Assembly: GCA_036172245.1 (NCBI GenBank)
Contig: JAYWIR010000033.1
Span: forward strand, 2,170,001-2,234,000
DNA: 64,000 nucleotides
Source of the DNA: Raillietiella orientalis
Taxonomy: Eukaryota
Direction of reading: 5' to 3'
Position numbers and translations under genes: made by a program. Of this stretch, positions 13,445 to 26,190 are shown piece by piece (within the stretch, counting starts at the first letter, position 1; each line of letters starts with the position of its first letter). The notes under the pieces are model-generated. The model had not been told where the DNA came from and did no database searches. It saw only the letters and a program-made list of their open reading frames with translations.

Positions 13445-14215
13445 TTTTTTTTTTTTTTTTTATGAATCCAGGAAGGGCTCGGAGTCCGTTCCTCTCACGC
13501 TCGTCCGTGCCTCTCGCACCTCCCACCCTGGTTGTCTCCGAAGGGGAACCCCGAAGGGAATCTCCTTCCTCATTCTCTCCGGAGGGACACCCCCTGGGAG
13601 GGGGGTGGTCCTCTCTATTTCAACTTCTCCGAAGGGAACCCGGAAAGGATCCGCTTGTAGGAATTTCTTCTCCGGAGGGAACCCTCAAGGGAACCGCTCC
13701 TGTTCGCTCCTCTGAAGAGATTCCCGAAGGGACGCTTCCGAAACTCAGAAGGAGCGCTGCAGCTTCCCGCAGGGAATCCCTCTCGCTTAGCTTCTTTCCT
13801 TTGTATACACTCTGTGAAGAGGCGACGACTCGGAGGGACCCCCCAACAGGGGGGTCCGTTCCTTTGAACGACTGGAGAGGTGCCCGTGAGGGCTTCTGCT
13901 CCATCTTGAAACCGGAGGCGGTCTCCCCGGTGACGGGGGTCCACTCTCCTTTGCACACAGGAGGGGGAACTCCCCACTCCTTTATTCCTGGGAGGACCCG
14001 AAGGTCGACTCCCATTGTTCCGACCTTCATCGGAAGGCCACCGGCTTTGTCCACCGCCGGGGCCACGCCCGAATGTCTCGGCCAACCAGCGCCATTGCAG
14101 GAGAAACTCGGAACCCAAACGACGCAATGGCGTCAGTTATCTGCCGAAGTATTCGAACCCGCGACGCCCTGAGCCACGCGCGGAAGCCTTAACCACAAAG
14201 CCTCCGACGCGGGCC
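13445..14215 (-). mobile_element. tRNA-derived SINE, full-length copy 1 (~770 bp)
   Basis: The minus-strand 5' end ggcccgcgtcggaggctttgtggttaagg...gcgggttcgaatac has A- and B-box-like motifs. The poly(A) tail is the T-run at 13444-13461. A perfect 14-bp TSD gaatgcttcttcat lies at 13431-13444 and 14216-14229. A second copy is at 32801-33556. Confidence 0.88.
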
Positions 14216-14789
14216 GAATGCTTCTTCATCACAGGAAAGCACTGACTTTCCTTTCACTTGATGGATGTCTGTGACATGCACCTCAGGCAGTCTTAAGCAT
14301 GCTTGCGCATGTTTCAAGTGTACACTTGTGGGTAAGCAGATGAATCGCTACGTGATTCTGCGGATGCCATAACACAGCGTCGCATTGCCGCTGCAGACTT
14401 TGACGGTGAGACCGCATTGCTGCCCTGACTGCGGTGTTTCCGATTCCAACGCTCCAGTGGAACCGAAATGAGTGCCCTGACTGGCTCTTGCGAAAAGATC
14501 ACAGATGAATCTAGCTTGGCTGTGGGTGCAGCACGGAAACTCTGAAACGGCCAACGGAAAACTCATGTAAAACGAAGAAAGGTGGAGAAATCTATTGGGT
14601 GGTGCTTTGCACTCGGTGACCGTGCGACGTTTCCTGAAGAAATAAACATACAAAATCAAAGCATATAGCTGGAGGGGATTACAGAAACTGGAACGAACAG
14701 GAGAAGTCGCTATGAAGGTTAGGAAATCAGGTTTGGAGGGATAGAAAAGGGAGAAGGAGGAAGGAAGAGTGATTGTCAAGGGATCAGCG

Positions 14790-15600
14790 GACTTGACTAG
14801 ACCGGTAATCCTCTTGAGGCCATGGTGGATCCTGGCGACGTCCACTAGTTCAACGCCGGCTGCGACCAGCTCTCCCCAAGAAGGGGGTTGCAATGCTCCA
14901 GTACGACTGCCGGAGACGATGGAGTTGCTCCTGAGATGACCACCCCGTAGAGCAAGCGGAGAACTGCTGCGGCATGAAGCGGCATACGTCCGTTGCTGCC
15001 AGACGAGTTGCAGTGCCAAGCAATCCGCGTTTCCTTCTAAAAGGGTTACCCTTTCTCCGCAGCGGATGAAAAGCAGAAACACCGAGTCCTTCGCCGCATG
15101 ATGACTCTTGGCACGGCTCTCGAGACCTCGGTGCAGAAGGACGGCCGTGTTATTTTTCCATCGGGTGGTGCCACAAGGGCGCGGGAAAGCACAGGCAGAA
15201 GGAAGATCGTCAAGCCACCGTCTTCCTGATGCTGCCCTGTCCTCCACAGGAGCCTCAGCGGACGTGGTAGATGCAGCTGGCCGAGCAGAGCTGGCGACCG
15301 CCTCCAAACTGAAATCGATAATCGGTTGCACTGCTTTGCCGGCAGCGGTCGCGACTCCCCTGGTCCCCAGGTTTTCCATCATGTGGCACCATGGACCTCC
15401 CCAGGGAGTCGAGGCTACCCTTTGGATCAACGCAGAAGGACCTGCTGATGCTGAGCCCTCTGTCTGAGCCCACGCAGTTTGGATTACAAGAGCCATGCCG
15501 CAGCCGAACATTCGGCCCGATTCGAGGACCGCCAGCCCCATGCACCATGCATGAACCGTGCCCAATGGAAGCGGACGAATTACGATGTGATGCTGGAATA
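14790..15600 (-). mobile_element. Degenerate Gypsy reverse-transcriptase remnant (within the 456-aa ORF)
   Basis: LIQRVASTPWGGPWCHM...QPIIDF (RT start), WLDDL, CGERVTLLEGNADC and PSWGELVAAGVELVD occur in the expected order but are heavily diverged. Confidence 0.35.
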
Positions 15601-16549
15601 TGGAACATTCTAATCCAAGCAATTTAAACGCTGAGGCCTTGAAAACGGTATCCAGGCAAAGAAGATTTCTTCTGCTGACATTTGTTCGTTTTTCACGTAA
15701 GGCTCGAGTCCTCTGCAATCACGCAGGGCCGCCCGAGTGTTTGGTTGATTCATCACCGAATCGGCAGTGAATCGAAACACCTCTCCCTCAGCAGTGTGGG
15801 ATGTGGTGGGATGAAAGGAAGCACGGAGATCCGAAAGCACACATAAACAGAAATATTGGCTGCTCCCGTGAAAGGTTATCTCGTTTCCCTCGTCCGTCGA
15901 TGACGTTGCTATGGGAGTCCTGCGTCTGTCCTTATTCCTCGCAACTGATTAGGCTGCTCTTTCTCAGAGATTGCTTATTTGGAAAATTGAAAGCGAGAGA
16001 TAGAGATGCCGAGTCCTCCGGGGATATTTTATCGCGAACTAGGTGATGCTCCCCACCATCCTTCGACTGCAAATCACCAGTGCGCAAATTTTATTAATTC
16101 TGTTATTGGAAGCTGGAATTTCATCCCGCGAATCCCAATCTGTGAAATGAAGGAACCAGGACGTGTGCTGAGGATGAATGAACGTGTGAAACGCTCACGC
16201 TTCCCGCCATACGAATGGTACAAGGGGCAGCAAAGAAATTAAAAGCAATTAACTCCTTCGGGGTTCCTGCAGTGCACACGTCCTCGTGATTCAAACACAC
16301 TGAAAAAACGCTCTTAGAGGCGAGCCTATGCGTGTGAGTGGACCCGAACAATAAATAATAATTAGCTTTCTGGACGCGTCATGTGTCTTGCGTGTGTAAA
16401 TAGGATTTCTTATTGAAATTAAATTAACGTCACATCCGATAAGAAATAGTGAAATCATTTCCGGAGGACGAAGCGATCCTCAAGTGTAGGTTTACATTCT
16501 TCTCTAAGCAAGATGGGAGGAGAGAGAAAGAAAAGCTTCCTTGGAATCG

Positions 16550-16597
16550 TTTTTTTTTTTTTTTTTTTTTTTTTTCTTCTTTTTTTTTTTTTCTTTT
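16550..16597. repeat. Poly(T)-rich tract
   Basis: 48-nt run of T with three C interruptions. Confidence 0.95.
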
Positions 16598-19500
16598 GGT
16601 TTGCTGGCTGAAATGAGCGTTTGCCGTTTTTCTGGATGATGCACCGAAGGGAGAATCAGCTTGTCATTCTGAAAGGCAATCGTGCATTCAGGTTGTGGTT
16701 CGCTCCCGTCACCTGGGAGCGGAAGAGTTGCACCTGGTTTTCCTGGAAACGGGGGCGGAAGGATTCTCGTGCACGTCTTCGAGCTGATGTGATTTCATCT
16801 TTGCATACTTTCACGATCCCCCCCACCCCCACCCGTGACCTCGTTTCCACGGCAGGAGTGGGCATCCGGAATGTGGAAACGCATCCCTGGTGTGCTGGTA
16901 CAGGTCACGGGTGCTGGAGACAACTCAGAATGCCTTCAAATGCCCCAGAGAGAGCATCGCAACCGTACTTCGCCACGTGGATTAACTGATTCGTGAGAGT
17001 GCTGCCACTGAAGGTGACTCAACATGCCTTCCCGATAAGCAGCGTGTATCAGCAAAACGGAAGAAGGAGCGAAAGAGCAAGAGAAGAAGCGATGGCGACA
17101 ACCTCCATAACTCTTTCCATAACTGTTCATTGCCTATTCAAGGGAGCAAGGGCGTTTCCCCTTGAGTACTTAAAAGGCAATCTCACATCTTTTTTTGGAT
17201 CCATAACTGTTGATAGGGATGGATATCTATTTTTGGAAAATACCAACCATAAAGACAAATGCACGTCTCCGTATTGGATTTTCGATTTTGGGACCACGGC
17301 ACAGTCTTCACCTTCATGAGAGCAGCGTCCTGTGAATGCTTACGTTTGACGATTTCCAAACACTAACCGTGTTCATGATGATCCTCCACCGCCAAACGAA
17401 CGCTGTGTGACCTTGCAGAGGGATTGACTGCCTTCCCTAATCAGCTGTGAAGATGCCTTCCATCTGATGGTAATCACCAAAAGATTGTGATGAACTGAGG
17501 AATGGAGTCTTCTATAAACTGAGGTACTGGCCGGAGGGAAAGCTCTTCAGAAACCTAAATCTTTAGGATCCTATAGGAATGTGCGTTTCTAAATATCTCT
17601 GCTTGGAAAATAGGTGTCGGAAACACCATTTCAGGAATGCAGGTTGTTAATGGACAATACAGAAGATGAGAGCAGACTGCTTATTTTTGAAAGGGATGTG
17701 ATTAAAATCTATAACCCATGACCTGGACCTTTTTTTCCCCCCTTTTTTTTTTTACCAGCTGAAAGCAAATATCGTTACTGGAAGTCATGTGGAGCATTTT
17801 TATTTTTGTCTCTTCCAAGAAGAAAGTTTGATGTGAATTAATATGAACCAAGTGAGAAGTCTTCAGCTTTGCTTCGGCTCGATTTCTGTTAATGATTCAT
17901 TAAAGTCTCGAATCGACCAGAATACGTTAGGGAACGATATCTCTTTGAAACTCAATACAGACCAGATTTTCATCACCATCTTATACACAACACAAAGCAT
18001 TATATATATATATATAAAAGCACTAATGGAACGGTTATTTCGCACGCAGCTTCTGTTTCTTAAGCTTATGGGAAATGGTGTTAGGAAACATTATTTTCCA
18101 GAATTTCATAGGTCGGGTGAGCTTTCTTGTTGGTTTTACAAGAGTGCACCTTCTGCGGAAAAAAGTGCGCTCTCCATCTCAAGGAGTAGCAGTAAATCCT
18201 CAAACGAAACTTCTTGGAACCATCCCTTATAATTCGCCTACCGGAAAATTCTACCTCGTTCTGGTCCGAGGACGATCGCATGTACGAAGCTGACCGCACG
18301 TGCAACAGCGCAGGAAGCAGAGACAGCATCTTCCGCGAGTGCTTCAGCCACGGGAAGTGTGAAGAAACCTCATGGTTACCGACTCGGGGCAGTCCCACGG
18401 AAACTGCTGGCGTCTGGTCCCCCCAGAACCCAAGAACCGTATCTGCGTCGCCGAAACGCAAGGCGACAAGAGAAGCACGTCTGGACCCGCCTAAAGACGC
18501 GGGCACACCCATGTCGAACCAGAACAATCCCGACCAAAGCTGATGGTTTAAACGCTACCTGGAATCTTGCTTTGTCACTGCAGCCCACTGACAAACTACG
18601 ATTGCAGTCCCTGACAACCGGTCGCTCAAATACTTCCACTTTCTGGTAAGTACTTGCCATTTGCCAGAACCTTTGTCCACCAATGATTTCAATTCCGAAG
18701 AACGAAAAGAAAAAAAGCCATTTCAGTATTATTATTATTTTCTCGAACTAACCCACTCATCTTCAGCGCCAGAAATCTCTCGGTTTCGGATGTTGTCCCT
18801 GGAGCTGAAGGTGTCAATTGCTTTGCTTCCTACCATTTCCTCTATCCTCACGAAACATCCTTATATCTCTTAGTCTGGAGTTCTCAGATGCTTCTGCTGA
18901 TCTAACTGCCACGCCATGGGATACTGGAAAATAATAGAAGCAAATCTTTCAGAACGCGTGGATCTTCTGAATGCTTCTTTGAGTGCTTCAAGCCCTCGTA
19001 GTTACACGGTACGACGACTCGTACAATGAACTTGAATGTCACCACCATCAGGTGAGGAGGGGAATCGTCATCACCACTGTATCCCCGTTACATCTTCATG
19101 ACCCTTGATGTCATTGTGGATGTCGAATGCTTTGTCTTTGCCGTTGATGCTGTTGCCACTGTCATCACCACGTAACCACTACGAGATCAGTCTTCAAGAA
19201 AGCAACACCCCACTTGGAAATCTCTGAGCCAGGCTTGGGATTCCGTAATTAGAGCTTTGAGTTGGAATTTTCTGTGCTGGTTTAAAGCACAAAAGTACAG
19301 CTGACTTCGTCGACTCCAAGACCTCAGTTGTTGGCACAAAATTGGTCAAAGCCACTGCGACACACGTGGTTTTTCTTTGGGCTCTTTTTTCTGTTGTGGT
19401 TTGATGACCTGCATTTATTTACCTCTCTCATGCAGGTGCATGTGCACAATGCAAATACTTATGTTAGGAATTCCCAAAGTACCTCGGAAATGAGAGATCT

Positions 19501-21175
19501 GATGGATACTTTTCTCTTCGTAAGTGAGAATTCACGTTACCAGGGCGTTGAAAAACAAATACTTACGGAACTGGAACTTCTTCCTACGTTGCATTCCCGA
19601 ATAGCTGGAAGATTAAATATTCCCTCTTTGCGACCACAGAACATTTCATCTTGTTTCTGCTTGTTTTTGCAACTCCCAAGTCTCTCTTTAATATTTTCGC
19701 TCATTCAACTAAAGTATGAATGAACGGAAAGTTCGAGTGAGTGAGAAAGAGAAAACACGCGCGCAAACCATCTAAAGTTTGGAGGTTCCTTTGGCAAAAG
19801 ATGCATTCTCATTCTTCACTGTATAAACGTTGCTCACACAGAGGTTCGCTTCATCTCTTCCCCTTTGAAAAAAAAATCTGCTTCTATTTCTTTTACTTAG
19901 CTAACGCATCATTTGCAGAAGTTTTTCCGAATTCAAGTATCGCTTCCGGTAGTTGGGGTCCCAATGCCTTCCTTGCATTCCTCTGGAACAGAAATCATCA
20001 TCAGCTCCCCCCGACTATGGAGTCTGCAAAATACCATTGGCATGCAACACTTTTCATTTTCAGTTCAATGAGATTCGCCGTTCCGCATGCAACGTACTTT
20101 GCCTGTGAATGCGTGCTCGGTATAGTAGAATTATTCGTTCACTCAAGAGGCCTAATATATCTTCTATGATTCATTGATTTTTCCACTTTTAGCAGGGTGG
20201 GGACCGGCAAGAACGTGGTGCGGAGGAATCACAAGCATGTGGAACTCTTGGAAAGACGTAAGTTTGACAAAGCACAAGAAAACGCATACTCACACCGAGT
20301 TTTTTTTTCTTTGTAACAGAAATAGGAGCTGAAAAGCTATTCTCCAAAGCTTCTCATACATCCAAAATTTTCAGTAGACCATCCTATTAACCTCGGCAAT
20401 TCCAAACGAGTAAAGACTTTCTTCCAAGATGCTTTTTGTGCCGCTTCACTGCAACCGAAAAGAGGATGGAATCCATGGATACGCCTCATGAATGCACCTG
20501 CTGCTTTTCCATTGCATCTTCGCTCGCTCATCTAATTTTTCTCATTCACTAGTTGACATACCACTTTCTATTTACCTTTTGTGCACATTTAGGCAGACTC
20601 GAAATACGAGCTGCAGTCTCAGTGGTTGCCACAGCACATGCATCGAGGGAAAACAGAGCAAAGCACTGTCGAAAATTCACATCCACTTGGTCCACAGGAA
20701 CCAATTAACAAAGCCCGACGGCTTACATTAGAACTGAACTACCAACAGATGAAACAAGATTTCTCCCGTGCGGTCCACGTGGGCAGAACATTTTTCCCAA
20801 TGATCGCAAGCTCCGTGGAGCTTCGTTCCAAAAGCTCCCATTGATGATGGCACCTCTGATTTTCTTCCATTCACTGCATGGAAGGCTGTTTTCAAAAATC
20901 AATACGTTTTCCGTGCACGTCTCTGAACATTTTTTCTTGTTACCAGCAGGAGAAAATTTTCGAGTTGAACACTTCAAGGACTTTCCTGCCTCTAAAACTG
21001 AAAGTTCGAATGAAGGATTCGTGGAATCCTCTAATCAACCATTGGGATGAATCAGACTAAAGGCTCTTCATGAGCGGCTGCAACTGGACCTCAGCAACAG
21101 ATGGGCAGATAGAAGATAGATACATGCATGAGTACGCACAGCTGATGTACTGATGGCAATCAGTAGGGTGAAAGC

Positions 21176-21999
21176 TACGAGGCGCATGAGAGAAACAAAG
21201 ATGTAAGAGTGGTTCTGAACACATTCATCCCTGCGTCCGTTTTCTATGTAGTCGTCATTTTTTTCCAAACACTTTTAATACCGTGGCACAAGCTTTCTGA
21301 CGCCCTCTGCACCAAATTCTGCCCGCCTGAGGTCAGCACTGCAGCACAGCAGCTGTCAACTTCCCACTTTCCCCCTCGAATCCTTCAGCCACTCCTTGAG
21401 GTGCAGGAATACGTGGTGGTCACTGGGCAGGACTGTATGGTGGATGGGTGATCGAAAAGTTCCCATTTGCATTTCTGAGTTTTCTGGAATGTGGGGACAG
21501 CAATGTGTGGGACCAAAAGGGTGGTGGGCTTTACGGAGCCCGGAACAACCATCGCTTCGCAAGTCCACTGTGCAGAAACACTTTCGAAACTGCCATTCAG
21601 CTGAATTCTGAGATCGGGGATTCTCCACCTTTGCGGCAACTCACGCCCACGCAACACTGTGCAGACAATCCAGTAATTCAAATGGGAGCTTTTTGATCAC
21701 CCACCTTACAGTCCTGACCTCGCGCCTAGTGACCACCACGTTTTCCTGTACCTCAAGAAGAGGCCTGCATCTCAACGGTTCGAGGAATGTGAGGAGTTGA
21801 AAACTGAAGTGGTGAACTCGCTGAACTCTCAGGCAGAGGAATTTGACGCAGAAAGTTTCAAGAAGGCTTCTTTCTCGGTATCAAAAGTGTTTGGGAAAAA
21901 AAGGTGACTACGTAGAAAAAGAACATAAGGATGTCGGTGTTTCCACCAATATGTTTTCGTTTCTCTCATTCGTTCTTTACTTTCAGAATGCTCTTCGTA
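21176..21999. mobile_element. Non-autonomous mariner derivative made of two inverted 3' halves
   Basis: The + arm encodes FKWELFDHPPYSPDLAPSDHHVFLYLK...KGDYVEK (YSPDLAPSD at 21707-21733). The - arm encodes KWELFDHP..PSDHHVFLHLKEWL..CLEKNDDYIE. The termini TAcgaggcgca (21176) and tgctcttcgTA (21999) are related inverted ends with TA dinucleotides. Confidence 0.85.
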
Positions 22000-24439
22000 T
22001 ATACGGTGCATCCCGGTTGCGCTCTCTATCAGTCAACTGGAAATGGAGATTTAGTTGGAACGAACCTTCAAGAAAGTTCAGCTGGAATCTCCTTGTGACA
22101 GCACAACATCTTTGCTACAGGCAACGGACATGAGAATCCCCCTAAAATCCGAAGACCTTGCACAGCTCATATTCCAGAAGCAAATCGATAAAATCCTCTC
22201 AGAGCACCTCCAACAGCCGAAGAAGCGGAGTGCAAAGGTCAGTCCTTCCAAAAGTTGTTGCAGCTGACAAGAAAGGAGCAGCAAGGAATCCGTGACCTCA
22301 TGGACCGTCGTGGTTTCGAGCATAAAGAATTAGAGATGCCTGAAACAGCCACGAACAAGCAGGAAGCCATTTTCTTGACTGCAATAAGTTGGGAGCCAGA
22401 AAGAATTCCAAATTAATGATCCCGTTGAAGGTAACGACGGAGGTGAGGATTGTGAGTGTGCAATCGCTGAAAGCGTTCCTCCAGAACACAGAACGAGCAA
22501 TTGGAACGCGAGGCAAATGATGAGGGAGACGCATGCGATCCCTTCAGCCGGTGGCTGCAAAGGATCCAAGGGGAATTTGCTGTTGGACCAAAGCGCTGCT
22601 TCTATGCAGGAAGCCAAAGAAGGCAATCCTTCATTTGAACTATAAATGTTTGTGCTGATTTGTTTGCTTACACTCAGCAGAGCAATGTACAATCCGTCAG
22701 TGACAGTTAAGAACTACGAAGTTGGCATGCGTGTTTGCAATGCACAAGGAACGTCTGAATAACCAACGGCCTCTTCTAAATTGATGTGCGATTTGCCGTA
22801 ATAGCATTCAATAGAGATTTGAGGAAAGGACACGTATTCCAGAACAGCGTATTAATGACATCGGCAATGAGAGGAAGCAAAAACGGCTAAACACGAGCAG
22901 AATTAAAACACTAAATGTTCGTCCCGTAATTTGTTGCTCAGCCTTTTTTGAAAATTTAGATCTGACTTGGAAGGATGTTTGGAGCCGAATCGAACCGATC
23001 CCGCTGGTTGAATGACCCGAATTCACACCCAACGTACGCTCCTGAACGCACGTGGCTACCGCACCTAAAAGTGTACGTACGGAAGTCTCATGGGTTCGTT
23101 GGAAAAAGCCCGTCGTCTCCTCTCGAGAGCTCCTTCAGCCTCAGAATGCACGAGACGCTTCAACGGGCCTGCGAGGCTCAGGAACGTGGGAGCACCACGC
23201 TCAGGACTTCCAGGAGAGACTGCAAACTGAAGTGGCTCCAGCCGGTCGTGTGCGGGAATGCCTCATGTTGGCTTCGCAGCATCTTCGAACATCCTTGAAA
23301 TACGTCACGTGTCTTGTCCGCCAGCATCGCACTCAGCGGAGGCTGGGACAGAACTACGCCTGTTACAGTGCCTTCGCGTTCCCAGGTCCCCCGTTATTTT
23401 CCGATCCATCAAGTTTCTCTCACGTCAAACGACATTCTGAGATTAAACCGACGCGACCCACTCACGGAATGACGTCCTTGATCGCAGGATATTCACGCGA
23501 CTCACTCACGAGATGAAGTCCGCGCAGTGACCAGACCACCCATCCTGTGTCCTGCATTTCGGGATTTTTTTTATTATTTATTCTATCATTCATCATTCGG
23601 TCATGTTGATGTCCTCGGCTGTATTCAGCGCGCCGAGTCCTCTGTGCTAGAGGATGCTGCACCTGCACCCGCGGTCGGGGGGGATCAGAAAAACTTCCTC
23701 GTGAGACCACCAAATGACCCTTTGGATAACCCTTAGGAAGCGGTGGCCATCGAAAAACGTCAGCACCTTCGTTTTGTTGTTTCCTCCCGTGTTGCAGATA
23801 CTGCACTGGGCGTTGCTGCAGGCTTTGCTGATACTGCATTGCGGTTTCCCGTGCAATGCGCGCCGGTACCACTAGTCCAGGGGGAGCTCATCGCCGAACT
23901 GTCCCAGGTGTGGAGAGAAGGAGACCTTCCCCTACCCCTTGCTGTAGTGCGTTTCGCCCTCCGGGACTTGTGGGAACGTTTCTCTGCGTCCGTGGGCGAT
24001 CCCAGAGACTCTTTGAGGCCCCACCTCGTGCGGGACGCCATGACGCCCGCAGCCGCAGTGGCAGAGCTGTGCTGCGTGCTCCGTGTCGTCGCGGCGAAGT
24101 GCGGCGCCGAGAGGGGCCGGAGAGACGGGGGCCCGCCCTGCACGCCATCCGCTTCCTGCAGAAAGCTTTAAGAAGGCCCCACCTGGAATGGAGAGAAGGA
24201 GGAGCTCACGGGCATCCTTCAACGGATCCAGAGGTCTCACCCACCACGAAATGTAATCCCTTCCCTTTCCACCGACTAATCTTTTCTTGTTTGTTTGTTA
24301 TCATTTTCTATTTTTGTTTCATCCCCCTTCCCCTTCGTGGACGTGATGGACCTCTCTGCCCCCCCCTTCTTTCCAGTGTAACAATTGGACTTGGTGGGCC
24401 ATCAGCACCCGGGTGTGAAATCACAGCGCCTTTCTTCAG

Positions 24440-25660
24440 CCCGCCTCCGCTGAAGAAGCGTCGCAGCAAGTGCAAAGAGGTGTTCCGGGAGTTAGGGGAG
24501 GCAGCTCTCCTGGAATCCAGGTGTCTGAGCTGCTTGCACTGGAATCCCCAGTGCAGAAACAGCAGGACATCCCGTTTCCACCGAAGCGGAAGCACGGAGG
24601 TGTCCACACACAGGGAAAGGACCACAAGTTCTTCGGGAGGCACATCAAGTAGCTCACTCCACCGAGGGAGTCCCTGCGCCCGGAAAACGAGAAGTGGCAG
24701 CGTTCACCAACTCCCTCCTCGGCTTCCAGCCGTTGAGGAGTTTCTCAACCCCAGCAGTTTTGCAGGAAAACGCCCACTCTGCCAGTTGGCTGCCGTCATC
24801 TTTTCCCCTGAGGGCAGTCGGTGCTGTGGCAAGGGGCCAGACAGCTATCCGGGGCAATGCGTTCCAGTCCTGCAGGAGATCTCCCGGCGGTTTGCGTGGG
24901 AGATTCTGCAGCGATCGCAGTTCTTCTGGAAGCAAAGGTTCCGGTTCCAATGTTCCAGTCCAGTGCTCCAGAGCTTCCTGCAGCCAGGCATTCCAGTTTT
25001 GTAGGCAGCAGCAGATCCACGGGTGGACTACAAGTAGTGAAGACTCAGAGTGTAACCAAATCCGGTCATTCTGCGTAGGTTGCAAGGGCAGCAGCAAAAC
25101 AATTCCAGCACATCACCGGAAGATGGCAGGAAAGGATGAGTCTGGTTGGCTGATTTTCTCTTTCCTCTCGCTTCTCTACATGCAAGAATTAGAGTGAAGG
25201 TGTTGCACCACTCAGTCTTCTGGTACTTGGTCTCCTTGCAGCGTTTCTGTAAAGGAAACCAACAGATGCGACTGCCGGCTCCAAGAAGAAAATTTTTGGC
25301 ACGTAACCAGCATGTATCTTACAGAGGCTCTCCAGCAAGCCTTGGAAGATACATGCTGTATCCTGCCTTTCCGATATACTCAAGATCACGAATTTTCTGC
25401 TGTCACTTATTCTCTCCACCTACTTGAAACCGAAAAGGATGGAGACAAAAGGAAAAATGCAAGAGAATGCTAGCGCATTTCTGGAAACAGTCCATGTGGA
25501 GAATGGATGCCTACAGGGAGCGCGTGGAGGATGTCGTAGCCTCAAGTGGCCCATCCTAGATGATCGCAAGGGCATGCAAGATCCAACGATCCTCGATGAG
25601 CTTCGAAGACTCCTTCAAAAAACTTCCTCGTGGTCCAGCGCCATCCAAGCCGGCTGGTAG
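24440..25660 (+). mobile_element. Degenerate Gypsy (K02A2.6-like) gag-pol remnant
   Basis: QVSELLALES.C (gag), RCCGKG...FQSCRR (zinc knuckle), VENGCLQGARG...PILDDRKGMQ (pre-integrase GCLLWG.RVV.P....IL..LH.GH). Confidence 0.45.
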
Positions 25661-26190
25661 CCCATTCTGCCATCACACATCTCCCAGCCAATCAAGGAGC
25701 ATCAGGAAAGAAACTACCTCTTGTCTCGGCAGTGTCCCCTTCGATACTGGATGAGGCAGCTTCCCGTCACGCGACTTCTTCCCCTGGAAGAGTAGGGTCC
25801 TAGGGGAGCATTCCCGTGGGTCAGTCACGTGAACCATCCCACGGGACGAGCGTGTGGAAGTCTTGGCCGGAGGAGGGTGGAGGGGAAGCATGGATTCTTT
25901 TGTTGGGATAAGTACTCCTCTTCTGCAGGGAACCTCCACCCGCGCTTGAGTCTTCATCCTTCATTGCCACTTCCCCGCCTCTTTTTCTGAAGAAGCAAGT
26001 TTTCATCTCAGGATTGGAGAAAGGAAGAACTGCAGCAGAAGGGCAGGAGCACATCTTTTATGACGTGAGATACGACTTCTGTGCATATCGCTCCAGGAGT
26101 TGGCTGCTGCAAGAGTATTCCAGAGAGGCTGTAATGCGATGGCGCCGAAGGCTGGATGACAGAAACATTGAATTGCCATTGTCCGGACGG

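Noticed and set aside
13704..13757. Hammerhead-ribozyme-like ctgaaga...cgaaac within the SINE
   Set aside because: No NUH cleavage triplet in register with helix I and no helix III. The ctga pairs with a downstream tcag as a plain hairpin, and the motif is antisense to the SINE transcript.
13384..14172. ORFs of 150-260 aa over both SINE copies
   Set aside because: Frames are not preserved between the two copies, and the ORFs read through the poly(T); this is a non-coding element.
14140..14215. Functional tRNA gene
   Set aside because: The A/B-box-like head is fused to a ~700-bp body with poly(A) and a TSD, and no complete cloverleaf is evident; it is the SINE head.
14348..15718. 456-aa minus-strand ORF as a novel protein-coding gene
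   Set aside because: It has a non-ATG start and a compositionally patchy translation. The middle resembles decayed Gypsy RT and the 3' part crosses low-complexity, intron-like sequence.
23856..25004. 382-aa plus-strand ORF
   Set aside because: It runs through a T-rich intron-like tract and a decayed gag region, with no coherent domain; most likely chance openness in GC-rich DNA.
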